Assembly: GCA_035084275.1 (NCBI GenBank)
Contig: CM068750.1
Location: forward strand, 6,014,001 to 6,078,000
DNA length: 64,000 nucleotides
Direction: 5' to 3'
Source of the DNA: Hydrolagus colliei
Lineage: Eukaryota
In this document: positions 52,020 to 64,000 of the stretch, one piece after another
Position numbering within the stretch: position 1 is the first letter of the stretch
Layout of the letters: every line of letters starts with the position of its first letter
Notes under the pieces: model-generated
Seen by the model: only the letters and a program-made list of their open reading frames with translations
What the model was told of the DNA's origin: nothing
The model's database searches: none
Position numbers and translations under genes: made by a program

Positions 52020-52410
52020 TAATAATGATCCTTGGATTCGATTTAGCATTTTATCGTGTTGTTGAGACATCTCAAAGTGCTTCATGAGATATGCTGTAAA
52101 GTGAATTGACTGTGTATTTTGTAGGCATGCAATTGCAAAGATGGAAAAAATCCTTTATACAACAACGACAAAATTACATTTGTATAGCGCATTTCACATC
52201 AGGAGAATGTCCCAAGGCATTGGACAGTCAGTGTTTCAGACCTGAGCTGGGGTCAGGATCAGGGTGAGTGGAGGAAAGGGAGGGGAGGAGAGTTGACCGG
52301 TGAGATTGTTGAAGAGGAGGGTTTTAAGGTGGGACTTGAAGGAGGCTAGAGAGGGGGTGAGGCAGAGGGATTGAGGGGTGGAATTCCAGAGGTTGGGCGC
52401 AGCCACTATT
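52020..52410 (-). mobile_element. SINE tail (52020-52130) plus L2 3' fragment (about 52160-52410)
   Basis: The minus-strand ORF includes APNLWNSTPQSLCLTPSLASFKSHLKTLLF, an L2 ORF2 C-terminus; L2 tail at about 52160-52200. Confidence 0.8.
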
Positions 52411-55400
52411 TGCAAGCAAATTTCAGGTAAATAGAAAATGTGTAGAAAAAGTAGAATATTAACACAGGCAATGTGATGGGGATGAGGTGAATCCATTACT
52501 GTGAGAAAGTTGCAGCCAAGTTAAGAACTTTTAAGCAGGAATGCTCTCTGTATAATAATTATGGTTCATAGTTATTGGAGTCATCCATTTTATTGCTGAG
52601 TTAAAGTGACAGCTATCAAACCACTTGTAGAAAGAATATTTTACATTTCCAATATATTTCATGCCAGTCCCACTTTGATTCATGAATTATGAAATACTTG
52701 AACAATTCTAAGATAATGTATGGTTCGGATCTAAACCCCTTAGTATTTTATTAACCTGATGAATTGAAACATGAATGAAGACGGCTTCTTTTTAAACTGA
52801 ACAGGTTGCCTTCATGTATTTGTAGTTATAAGATTCATCTGCAGCAGGTTATTTAGCAAACCCAAACCAAATAGTGTAGGAACACAATTTTATTTAAAGA
52901 TATCTGGATACCATAATAATAAAAATAATAATAATAATCCTTGCATTTCATATAGCGCTTTTCGCTTCTTCTAGACATCTCAAAGCTCAAAATCTGTTTG
53001 AACGCTGCACTACCAAATATTTGCAAAGTAATGCATTCTCTAGGCATTCTGTGCTAGGGTTCCCATGTGTAAGTGTTTCTGGGTGGTGAGATGATCTGTG
53101 GAAGATGATCAGCCGTTCATATCTCAGAAACTGGTCAGTTTATCTCGGTTTACATATTGGATATCCAACATGCTTGTTGGCTCACACAGAGCCAAATGCA
53201 ACCAAGGAGTCGCTTAATTTGTGAATTAGATACGTTTCGGATTACATTGGGTTTAATGCTCAGAAAAGAGGCTGATCTGCTATTAAAGAAATGCTGGCAG
53301 TGATCGGGAAGGTGTTCCCAGGACTTAGGAGTCTAAAGCGAGAAGGTTCTGTGGTCCACAGAAGTAGCAGAAGCATGCAGGCAAACACATTCGCAACATA
53401 TGAACTAGACAGACAGGAATAGAAAATAGCAGTGATTTTATTAGCAAATATGTTACATGATCTAGTGTATTATTAGCCATGTCAATGACCTGCCCAGGGA
53501 ACCTCCCAGCAGTCACGAGCCGGTTTTAAGATGCAAAACGCCATTGCATTCATCGTGGGGATGTCAATATGTGTGACACGCCAAAGACCACAACCCCCGG
53601 ACACCAGCCCCCACACCAATAAATTCAAAGTTATTCAAATTGAAATAATGCCAATTATTCACAACTCCTGGGACAATATTGATTGATTGCATTCACATCC
53701 AAGAATCCAACTGGTAATCACAGACTTGTGTGGGAACAGGTGGCCAAACGTAAAGTGTCAAAAGGGACGTCAAAACAGGCTTTAAAGTGAGGCAGGAGAG
53801 GGCAAAGTGGAGTTCCAGGGAGGTAAGATGTTTCTTTGTTTCTTTTTTTAAAAAGAAAAAACTGTTTTACTCACATAAAGTCTGAGCCATTATGAAGATA
53901 TTGACATTTGAGGACTAACAGTCGAAAGTTGCTGACTGCAGAGGAACCGTGGCCATCCATTGGAGATCCGATTTCTGAATGTCCCACAATATAACTCACA
54001 GCCTTATTAATGAGTCAATTATTAGTTCCCACAGGATTTAACAAGGGAGATAAGTGCTATCAAAACAATTGGTTTTATAAGTAACCTGCATCTATGAAAA
54101 ACTTTTGGAGGGGAAGATGAACATGGATGAATAGGATACCCCAGTTATGAGAGCAATTACTCCCCACTTTTCACCCACCCACTACCTATTTTCAACAAGA
54201 AATATCAATTTTCATCACCAAGGAATGAGCATGATTTTGTTTAACCAATTAGGCTATTTTCCTGGGTATCTAGACCCAAATGCTGTACAATGGCAGCCTG
54301 CCTAGCAACATATGCATTGAAAGCTGGTTAGGGCAGAAACAGTTTAATATCATTGTTATTCTATCAGTGATGCCCAGTGAAATCTCTGCAAACTCCCATC
54401 AATACTTTAATAACTTGTTTTCATCGATTCAACCAAATGAAAGCACAAGAGAACTTGGTGTATGATTTTTAGATTTTATTGATTTCAACAGGTTTATTAA
54501 AATTGCTTCCTCCTCCAGGTGATTGCTCAATTATCCAAGTCATTAATGATGTAGATTCTGGGGTTTTGGAGAGTGGTTCACTCTTCACTGTTTTCAGGTT
54601 AAACTGTGGGTTCCAGTCCACAGCTGGTGATTCCATCACTAGATGAAATTTTACAGCTCCTAGGCTACACGGTCTTTCTCATCTTGATGGAAGTCATACA
54701 TGATGGTACATTTGGGGGAAATCCATTGCTCTTTATCATTTCAGGAATTAAACGTTGCTACAGTGATAAAGCATTTTTCTTTTCCATCTTTACTCAAGAT
54801 GAAACTCAAGCTTCGAAAAAGCTTAAATCAATGTTCCCTCTAACATAAAGTGGGAGTCAGGTTACAAATGGAACCACTTTCGGTCTGCAACAGAACTGGA
54901 CTTGGGCCACGATCATTCGGTTTTAATTCAACAAATTGGCTTTGCCCGTGCGTCATTTCCTTCTATTTGAAGGTCAGATATTTTGGATACTGCAGTACTC
55001 CTCACCCTTTATCTTATTAGAATTATACATTATTCTATATGTTTACATTTGGTAACAGAAACCCCTAGAGAGGATTTTTTTTACAAAGAGTTATTACAAA
55101 ATGCAAAATATAAGGCAATTGTTTTCAATGAACTAAAATGCGCAGTGCATAGTTCCAAGCATTTATCTGATTCCTCAAATTTTGGGGGGTGAACTTTACA
55201 GATCATTTTCAATGTAAAGATACCTAGTGGTGGTAAGATCTATTGTTTCTCAATCATTCATACTTCTTAGCTGTTCATGCAAACTCCATATAATGTAGCT
55301 ATTGGCACAAAATGTACTTCCTGGGAACTTGTGTTGGCATCTGTACAACTATAATAAGTCAGGTCTATAAATGAGTTAGTGATAAAATTGTTGAAATATT

Positions 55401-57075
55401 TTTCAAAGACATTACCTCAGCATAGAATAGATAATAAAGCCTAAGCTAGGAATTGAAACTTAATAAAAGAACAATACCAAACACTTAATTTTAAAATACT
55501 AATCAGGATTTATAAACTACTGCAGTGGACTCATCATTTTAGGCTTTTTTAAATGTGCAAAATCTATATAGTTCCTTCATTAGAATGGGCGTGCGACACC
55601 CAAAAAGACACAAGTTTTAAGGTGACAACACAGGATGAAGTACAAGTCAGTGGTCTTTGAAGGAATGCAGAGAAAAATATTACAGTCTATTACAAATATT
55701 ACTAAGATTATATGTTTTTCTAGTGACTGACAGTCGATTTAAATTAAACTGAATGGCTAAGTGCTTCAGTTACAGCCAATCATTACCACGGTTATTGCAT
55801 AATCTTTGATTTTAAAAGCTGAGGGGTTGTAATTAATTTTATTTAGACAGCATGGTATGCATTAGGTTAGGACACTGTATTTCATTTCTTGCATTATCTT
55901 ATTAATACACCACTTCTGTGCATTTGCAGAATTGTAACCACAATGTATACCGATAACTATAGTATCACTGTAGTTAACTGGTACCTAGACTTGTTTAGAT
56001 CCAGTTATATTAGCTAAGGGTGCTAGGTTATCTTATAGTAGTAAACTGTACCCTGTTTACATTTAAAAAAAATTTAAATGAACAATTCCTAATCTCAGGA
56101 TGTGTTCACTCGGTGAAAGGAACTGAGTCGTACAAATTAGATGTTTGATTTGTGGGTGAGGTGGATTGCCTAAATAAGTTATAAACAATCAAAGATACTT
56201 CAGATCCAACCATAATGTTTCCATTGCTGGAGTCAATGGCTGAGTAAAGAATACATGGCATGAAAGGGCTGTATGAGAGAGTGGGTTTATTGGGAGTCAG
56301 CAAGAAATAGGAAGCAGATTGACTACACTAGCAGGAATTTATAAGTCCTGTTTCCTATTAGTAAAAGCATAAGTAACTCCTCATTATATTGGAGTCTATT
56401 GTTGCATTTTCTACACATTAGCAGCAGTTTTGCTAGTATCACAACTGTTTTCTATTGAGGCACAAGTGGTCATTCGTAGTTCAGCCTTTATTTTGTGGGC
56501 AGGTGAAGAGAACTAGGTAACTTGGAATGTTTCAGGATAACAGGTGGTTTCTAGTTGTCTTGAAATGAAGAAAAAGGCAGAAGATAAATTGAAAAGAGTA
56601 ATCGACATCTAAAGGGATGATACAAAAGACCATTTAGATTTAACAGGATGGGATCTAACTCACTGTGATACCTTACATCGAAATAATCATTACTAAGAAA
56701 CCCAGACATTGTAGAAGTTAGTAATTAATTACCATAGGCATTATGTGTAAACAGAGGGTGAATATGTTAGTATGTAAAACTATAAAGTTTGCTATGAGTC
56801 AGGAAACCAGCTGACAGAGTAATTTACCAGAATGATCAGAACAAGAGGGCGAAAGGTCAGTCATAAAGGGGATTGAGTGACGGGAATCAGAACTGGAGCC
56901 ACAAAGATATAAAACAGTGGGGAATTTAAGTGAAACTTAAATGGTTTTAGCATACAACACAAACCCCACAGATTGAAACAAGATGTGTAGAAAGAAAAAT
57001 CTATTGGACTGAGACTTGTCACAAACTAAAGCATGCGCTTTGAGACGTCTAGATGATGCAAAAAGCGCTATATCA

Positions 57076-57709
57076 CCTCACGGCTGCCGAAACACTCGTG
57101 CACGCATACATCACCTCACGGCTGGACTATGGAAACTCTCTCCTCGTCGGCCTCCCCAGTTCCTCCATTCACAGGCTGCAGGTCATCCAAAACTCTGCAG
57201 CCCGTGTACTATCCCGCACCCGCCTCCGCGACCACATAACCCCCACCCTATCCATTGTCTCCCCATCCTCCAGAGGATCGAGTTCAAGATCCTCGTCCTC
57301 ACCTACAAGGCCTTACATGGCCTTGCCCCGCCTTATTTAACCGATTTACTTTCCCCCTACAAGCCCATCCGGACCCTCCGTTCAACAGGACTTGGCCTGC
57401 ACCAAGCCCCCCGCGCGAACCGTCCCACTATCGGAGGCCGGGCCTTCAGTTTCTCCGCTCCCACCCTATGCAATGCCATCCCTCAATCCCTCCGTTTTGT
57501 TTCTTCCCTTTCCTCTTTCAAGGCCGGTTTGAAGACTTTCCTCTTCGATCGTGCCTTTTGTTCCACCCCGAACTCTTTTACCTCCCCTTCGTGTTTCACC
57601 CCTTCCCAAACACTCCCCTCTCAGCTCGGGTCACACGCCTCCTGTGCAGCGCCTTGGGACGTCCTCCCGACGTGAAAGGCGCTCTATAAATGTAATTTGT
57701 TGTTGTTGT
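57076..57709 (+). mobile_element. Young 5'-truncated L2 LINE nested in a SINE tail, 7-bp TSD TATATCA
   Basis: ORFs read [27 protein letters not shown]...[12 protein letters not shown] and [26 protein letters not shown]...FKAGLKTFLF. TATATCA occurs at 57069-57075 and 57710-57716. The host SINE tail spans 57030-57738. Confidence 0.92.
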
Positions 57710-58200
57710 TATATCAAATGCAAGGATTATTATTATTAGCTCATTTTATACAGTAGTGTACATGATATTTTGAGAGGAAATAATCAATGAAATTGGGTGA
57801 GGAGACATTTTTCGCTAGGGATGTTTGATAAGTGGTGAAGTACTAGATGAAGAAAAATTTTTGTCATGAGGATTTCAATTGACTGTTCATTTGTTACCAT
57901 AGGTACATTTTTTGACAGAGTAAAACTGTATTTCCTCCTCCTATTTAAATTAATCTAAACCTTTTCTCTAATCATTTCCAGGTGTTTAAAATGATATAAT
58001 CCTAGGGGAGATTATAATGACACAGTGCACAGATTTTTCTGCTCTTTAACCATCAGTAACCTCTGAAATAGTATTATTTAACAGGTTGTCCTGCCAACCT
58101 TAGAATATAGTTGAGGTTCACAAACCATTTAAAAATTCACTTTCCTAATTTGTGTTGTTATCTGACACTGTTGAATAATATAATAATCCTTGTGCCTTAT

Positions 58201-58588
58201 CAACAACAACAACAACTTTGATTTATATAGCGCCCTCCACACCGGACGGCGTCTCAGAGCAAATCACAATAGCGGATTCCAGGACAGAGCCAGGGGCAGA
58301 GATAGAAAGGTGACCAAAGGTGCAGTCGAAGTGAAAGGTCTTTAGCTGTGATCTGAAACTGGGAAGAAAGGGGGCGAAGCGAAGGGAGTGAGGAAGGGAG
58401 TTCCAGAGCCTCGGGGCGTAGTGGCTGAAGGCACGGCCGCTGAGGGTGGAGCGGAGGATTCGGGAAGCATGGAGGAGGCCAGACCCAGTAGAGCAAAGGT
58501 AACGGGTGCTGGTTTGAGGAGAGAAGAGGTCAGAGAGGTAGGGGGGTGCAGAGGAGTGGAGAGATTTGAAGTCAATAACGTTGTCTTA
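58201..58588 (-). mobile_element. L2 LINE 3' fragment nested in a SINE (host about 58175-58920, minus strand)
   Basis: The tail gcgctatataaatcaaagttgttgttg differs from the other L2 subfamily. The host SINE tail is split between ...gacgtg and ataaggcac...ggattattatt; SINE head at about 58830-58920. Confidence 0.8.
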
Positions 58589-59754
58589 ACACGTCGTTGA
58601 GATGTCCCAACACACATCACAGAATATACTGTAAAGTGAAATTGACTTTATATTTTGAGGGCAAAACACAGTAGCCAGTTTCGCACAGCAATGTCCCACA
58701 AACAGTCATGGATTGAGTGACCCCATTTTTGAAAAGCTTTTTTTTTACTGGATTATTACCCCTGGAAAGCGATCCACTAATTGACTAACAACTGAGTTCC
58801 CACTTACTGCTAAGTAAACAGAGGTGTGTGGAGTAAACAAATTTGCCTAAGGTTTCACCCTGACTGGGAATCAAACCAGGTCCTCTCATTTGCAAGCTGA
58901 ATGCTCTAGCTAATACTCTACAAGACTCACAATCTATTGTAGTCTTATATTTCAGCACTTCGATCCCACCCATTAAGCAGTAACTATTATGTTCTCACTG
59001 CATCCGACAATAACAATTGTTAAGTATATTATTTTAGATCTTATTACTCATCTCATTTGAACTCATTTATATTTACTTGCTTAGATTTTTTGATTGTTTT
59101 TAAACAGCAAGGCTGCTAGAGTGTATTTTGTTTAACAGTGTGAGTGGGGTCAGTGTTGATGGAAATCTAAAAAAAACGGAAATCATGTTTGAATGCCAAA
59201 GTGAACAAACTAATGTCTTTGTTTTCAAAAAGCAGCAGATTTCATCACATGTTAATTTTTATATGGTACTCTCCAAAAGCAACTTTTCCCATTATCCTGT
59301 GGTAAGTATTGGGTGGAGACCAATGCAGCACAGGAGGAAACTGAAACCTATTCCAGTTTCCTTGCCAAGTACTTAGCTGAATTATTATACATAGTGCATA
59401 CATACTGCTGAACTAGACACTGCAACATGATTCAATTCTCTCTTCTCATCCCCTTCAGGAAATAAATGTTGAAGATGTGAGTGCAAATATTTCACGAAAT
59501 GGGCAATTCAAATACTGTATAGGTCAATACCGACAAGGTACAGGATTATAGTAAATACTGCTTAAACAATGCAATATGTACATGGAACCTAAATCACATC
59601 AATTGACCCAGCTTTTGCAGTGAAATTGCTTACTTGTAGGTTAGATGTGAATCAAGATTGCTGCAGCTATTTTATACAGCAATGTAGTCTTTGCCCTTAT
59701 GATTCAGGCACATCTGAGCCAATGAGGTAATTTTCCAAACTGAACTATAATAAA

Positions 59755-60110
59755 TAAATAATAATCCTTGTGTTTGACACAGAGCCTTATCACATCATTG
59801 AGATGTTGATGCTCAAAGTGCATCAAAAGACATACTGTACTGAAAACTGGTTGACTGTGTATGTTGTAGGCTAACGCAGCAGACAATTGCGCACAGAAGG
59901 TGTCCCACAAACAGTCATGTGGGGGTGGGGGTGGGGGGGGGCAATTTTATTTGGGGGATTTGTTGGCTGGGACTTCAGGAAAAACTCCATTCTCTTTCGA
60001 ATAGTGCCATGGGATCTTTAACGTCTATCAGATCAAGGCAGACAAGACCTCAGTTTAATGTCTCATCCAAAGACGGCAATACAGACAATGCAACATTGCA
60101 TTGGAGCTAA
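59755..60110 (-). mobile_element. Deu-domain SINE
   Basis: Minus strand gccgtctttggatgagacattaaactgagg...gacgttaaagatcccatggcactattcgaaagagaatggag matches the recalled Deu core, followed by the family 3' tail. Confidence 0.8.
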
Positions 60111-60276
60111 GTGCTTAATGGCTGAGTAAACCCTATATCATGATTTAGATTTCTCCATAGTATAAGAGCACATGGATTACAACACTCCGTTGATGATTTA
60201 TTTGATGAATTGCATTTAAAGGGAAACTGCAGAATAACATTCTACAAAGACAATATTCATGATTATTTTCTGTGAA

Positions 60277-60322
60277 GCATAAATACATATCTCTGTGCAG
60301 CATAAATACATATCTCTGTGCA
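60277..60322. repeat. 23-bp perfect tandem duplication
   Basis: gcataaatacatatctctgtgca x2. Confidence 0.9.
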
Positions 60323-60518
60323 TTTATTCATTTTTTTTAAAAAACTTAAAATCTGAGACATCTAATTTTCTGATTGGGGCTCGATCGATCTTGGCCTTTT
60401 TATAAGGTTGTATGAAAGAATTAGAAGTTTGGTTCACGGTAGCGTTGCTGTACATTGAGGGTTATTGGAAACTCAAAACTGAGATGAACTATCAGGGTAA
60501 AAAGTGTTACATGTTATC

Positions 60519-61790
60519 TAGGGAACGGCGAGATGGGAATTTTCCGGATATGGATATATCGGTTGGCTCATATCGAGATATACCGAAATACCGATATTTT
60601 CAGTTTTTTTCGTACTGCGCATGCGCGCGCACATCGGAGTGCGCGCGCATTCCGGGTGCGCGCGCATTCGGGGCCTATCTTCTCAGGAGGTAAATATCTT
60701 TCTCTCTCTGTGTCTCTCACTCTCTCCATCTCTGTGTTTTTCTGTCTGTGTCTCTCTATGTCTCTCTCCCTCTCTCCTCTCTCACATCCCCCCCCATCTC
60801 TATCTATCTGTATATTATCACATCCACCCCGTCTCTCCCACCCCCCCCCGCCGTCCCTCTCTCGCACTCCCCACCCCCGTCGTCTCTCTCTCCCCCTCCC
60901 CCCAGCCATCTCTCTCCCCATCTCCTCCCCCCCCTCGCCGTCTCTCTCTCCCTCCCCCCCCAGCCGTCTCTCTCCCCCTCCCCCCAGCCGTCTCTCTCCC
61001 CCTCTCCTCCCCCCCGCCGTCTCTCTCTCCCTCCCCCCCCAGCCGTCTCTCTCCCCCTCCCCCAGCCGTCTCTCTCCCCCTCTCCTCCCCCCCCCAGCCG
61101 TCTCTCTCCCCCTCTCCTCCCCCCCTCGCCATCTCTCTCTCCCTCCCCCCCCAGTCTCTCTCCCCCTCTCCTCCCCCCCCCCCCCGCCATCTCTCTCTCC
61201 CTCCCCCCCAGCCGTCTCTCTCCCCCTACCCCCAGCCGTCTCTCTCCCCCTCTCCTCCACCCCCCCCAGCCGTCTCTCTCCCCCTCTCCCCCCCCCCCAG
61301 CCGTCTCTCTCCCCCTCTCCCCCCCAGCCATCTCTCTCCCCCTCTCCCCCCCAGCCGTCTCTCCCCCTCTCCTCCCCCCCCAGCCATCTCTCTCCCCCTC
61401 TCCCCCCCCCAGCCGTCTCTCTCCCCCTCTCCCCCCTCAGCTGTCTATCTCCTCCTCCCCCCAGCCATCTCTCTCCCCCTCACCCCCCCCAGCAGTCTCT
61501 CTCCCCCTCACCCCCCCCACCCACAGCCGTCTCTCTCCCCCCACCCCTTGCATACCTGTATATTGTATTCGAGGACTATGAATACAAGATGGCGGCTTTG
61601 CACCTCGGTCTGTGCATTGTGTATAGAGATGAGCATTCTGGGTCTTGTAGTTGATTGTGCTCGCATCCCGATTTTTTACCTCGATATATCGTTTTTCGAT
61701 ATATCGGTATTTTTAAAATGTCTATATCGGCATACCGATATGAAAATCATATCGGGTTTTAGCGATATACCGATATATCGCCGTTCCCTA
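60519..61790. mobile_element. Non-autonomous hAT-type DNA transposon (1,272 bp)
   Basis: TIRs TAGGGAACGGCGA (60519-60531) and TCGCCGTTCCCTA (61778-61790); 8-bp TSD ATGTTATC (60511-60518, 61791-61798); subterminal CCGATA/TATCG repeats. Confidence 0.9.
60690..61550. repeat. C/T-rich variable minisatellite (core cccagccgtctctctccccctctcc, about 20-35 bp units) inside the hAT element
   Basis: More than 20 variable copies of the core; this explains the Pro/Ser- and Gly/Arg/Glu-rich ORFs. Confidence 0.92.
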
Positions 61791-62884
61791 ATGTTATCTA
61801 TAAATAACAAAACACACGTCTTAATTTTCCACCTGGATTTGTCGCAATAATGACACAAACGTTTCCATTCTCTAATAATTTCCCAAAAGAAAGACAGAAA
61901 GAAAAACCTCTTTTTTTGTGTGTTGTTGAAAAAACCTGAAAAATCCGAATCATTGAAAAATATTTTTGCAAGTTAAGCTTCAAGGAATAACGTTCATAGA
62001 TAAAGGATCACTGACAACATGTAGCATTACATTTAAATGCATTATTGTTAAAGAATGTGGAACTCTCCATTCATTTTTCTTCATGTTCAATAATTTATGT
62101 TCTACTGGTGTGGTCCTTGTGAAAAAAAATAAGAAACACTTATCAACAGCTGCAATATTACTACTGTCTTCTATTTAGTCTAGTCTATATTTTACCTCCA
62201 TAACATACCATTTAATCACCCACTTTTGTGCCTCTGAGGGTGAGACATATCTGTGGTGCAGAGCATGGAACTCTTTTGATACAAGAATTCAAGTTATGTG
62301 ACCTACAAAAAAGCATAGGAAAGCATATGCTCGGCTTCTGCTTTCCTGAGTATGAGATACTGTAATTAAATTCAAATGTGATTTTGTTGTTGTTTGTTGG
62401 CTGTAGCATAAATATGAAGGCAATTATCTTCAGGAACAATAATACATGATGTATTCAGTAAACCAATTATACTGAGTCAAATGATGCAATCTATATCTAA
62501 TCTAACTCACTCTGGATAAACTCTGGAAGTACTTCAGAGAGCTTTTGATGGGAGTGGTAATGGAAACAGAAGGAAGACATCTGTTTATCTCAATGTGGCT
62601 AATTGCTATAATTGTATCATGAAACTCATGATGTTTAATTCACTTACCGTCAAATTTTTCAATCTCATGAACTTAAAGAAAAATATGATGTGACTCCCAT
62701 TATATTTTATTCCCCTATTTTTCAAACAGTCTTTATTAATTTTATTTTACTCCCCCGCCCTCCGGAATCACACTTTTTATTTTCCAATTTCTTCCCCTCT
62801 TATCCTTTCCTGAGCGTGTTTGATCCTTTTCCCATTGAAACTTTGATTAAAATGGATCCTTCAAAATTCACATAACATAATAAA

Positions 62885-63070
62885 GTAATAATAATTCTTG
62901 TATTTGATTTTGCACTTTTCCTGTCTTCTCAAACATTTGACATCTCAAATAGCTCCACAGAATGTACTGGAAAGTGAATTCACTGTATATTTGTGGGAAA
63001 AATGCGGCAACCAATTGTACACAGCAGTGTCCCCACAAACAGTTGTGGATTGAAGTGACAATTTTTTTAT
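62885..63070 (-). mobile_element. SINE 3' half
   Basis: aataattcttgtatttga...catctcaaa...aaagtgaattcactgtatatttgtggg...cccacaaacagttgtggattgaagtgac. Confidence 0.75.
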
Positions 63071-64000
63071 TTTTTTGCTGAAGTTGCAAAATATAAATAA
63101 TTGTTTTACAAACCATTTTCTAGGTGTGATGAATCATAACCTTTACCGGGTATTTTTCATCCATAAATACACATTATATCTCTGGAACCAGATTTGTTCA
63201 TCCTCTACATTTATCATCAGGTATAATTGATGGTTTAAGTCATGTGTTCATTTAAAATAAGAACCAGTTACTGGGGTATTTAAGTTAGAGCATAGTTTTC
63301 TAAATAGTGTTGCTAAAACGATCAATCTTTGGACCCCTCCCTCTACAATCAGTAATTCTATAGAAATAGCCTGATGGAGTGAAAATCCCCTAACTCTGTA
63401 TTTTGCAGAGGTTATAATAATAATAATCCTTCAATTTCTATTGTGTCTTATCATGGTGTGGAGAAGCCTCAAAGCACTTCAAAGTTATGATAATTATAAC
63501 TGTCGCACAGACAGTGGTGGATTTCAGATTCTCTGTGCTTCAAGCTGAGTTGTGCCTTAACTCAGCTGCAAGTTCTGTATCTGACATTAAACTGCCAGTA
63601 TCTGTATCTATTATCTGACATTAAACTGCCAGTCACAACCACAAGGGCCACAATCCTGCAGGTGGTGTCTCCCTGTGATTTAGGGCTCACTGAACCAGAA
63701 TGTACCAGTCTTACTGTTGTACCAATCACAATTCTGAAGCCTTTTTTACCCAGAGGCATTGATTGTTTTCTATTATAAGTTTCTTTCATCCTCATACAGG
63801 TTAGAATTTCATTGAATATCAGTGTACATTACTGTGATATTTGTTATAATAAATAAGTCAAACAATGAGGACATGGTCACCTTGAAATGGATTTTAAAAA
63901 AACAGCTTCAGATATCACATGTAACAACTGCCCATTTAGTTGGGATGGAAGAGTCACTCTCCACTACCACTGGGAAAGCCACCGTCCCTTTAATGGCCGA

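Noticed and set aside
57016-57689. 219-aa and 144-aa ORFs as host genes
   Set aside because: They are the frameshifted C-terminus of an L2 ORF2.
60533-61850. Long Pro/Ser-rich and Gly/Arg/Glu-rich ORFs on both strands
   Set aside because: They arise from a stop-free C/T minisatellite inside a non-autonomous transposon; there are no transposase motifs.
28000-64000. Other 60-130 aa ORFs in intron 1 and upstream DNA
   Set aside because: They show no recognisable domains or exon structure. Many overlap SINE or LINE copies and are at the length expected by chance.

Overview
Vertebrate genomic DNA. The SINE, L2, CR1 and Deu-SINE repertoire suggests a cartilaginous fish, possibly a holocephalan; this is inference. 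The window holds the 5' part of an AHNAK2-type gene on the minus strand. Five small coding exons (51209-51155, 27783-27731, 27216-27106, 25609-25456, 24876-24695) encode MCDCF... and a PDZ domain, all with GT-AG ends and matching phases. They splice into a giant exon (23729 to beyond base 1) that is open for at least 7,909 codons, giving a protein of at least about 8,090 aa. The ORF track misses it because it has no stop in the window; the many + strand ORFs at 1-23.5 kb are its antisense shadows. The exon contains about 31 tandem 684/693-bp units (228/231 aa), organised as 1377-bp and 2754-bp higher-order repeats with in-frame rearranged units. Introns and upstream DNA carry tRNA-derived SINEs, Deu-domain and AmnSINE2-like SINEs, L2/CR1 fragments (two L2s nested in SINE tails), an intronic fold-back, a Tc1/mariner relic and an intact non-autonomous hAT element with an internal C/T-rich minisatellite. 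I see no prokaryotic-type system. The most unusual feature is the satellite-like hierarchy inside a coding exon. Family assignments are from recalled sequences, not searches.
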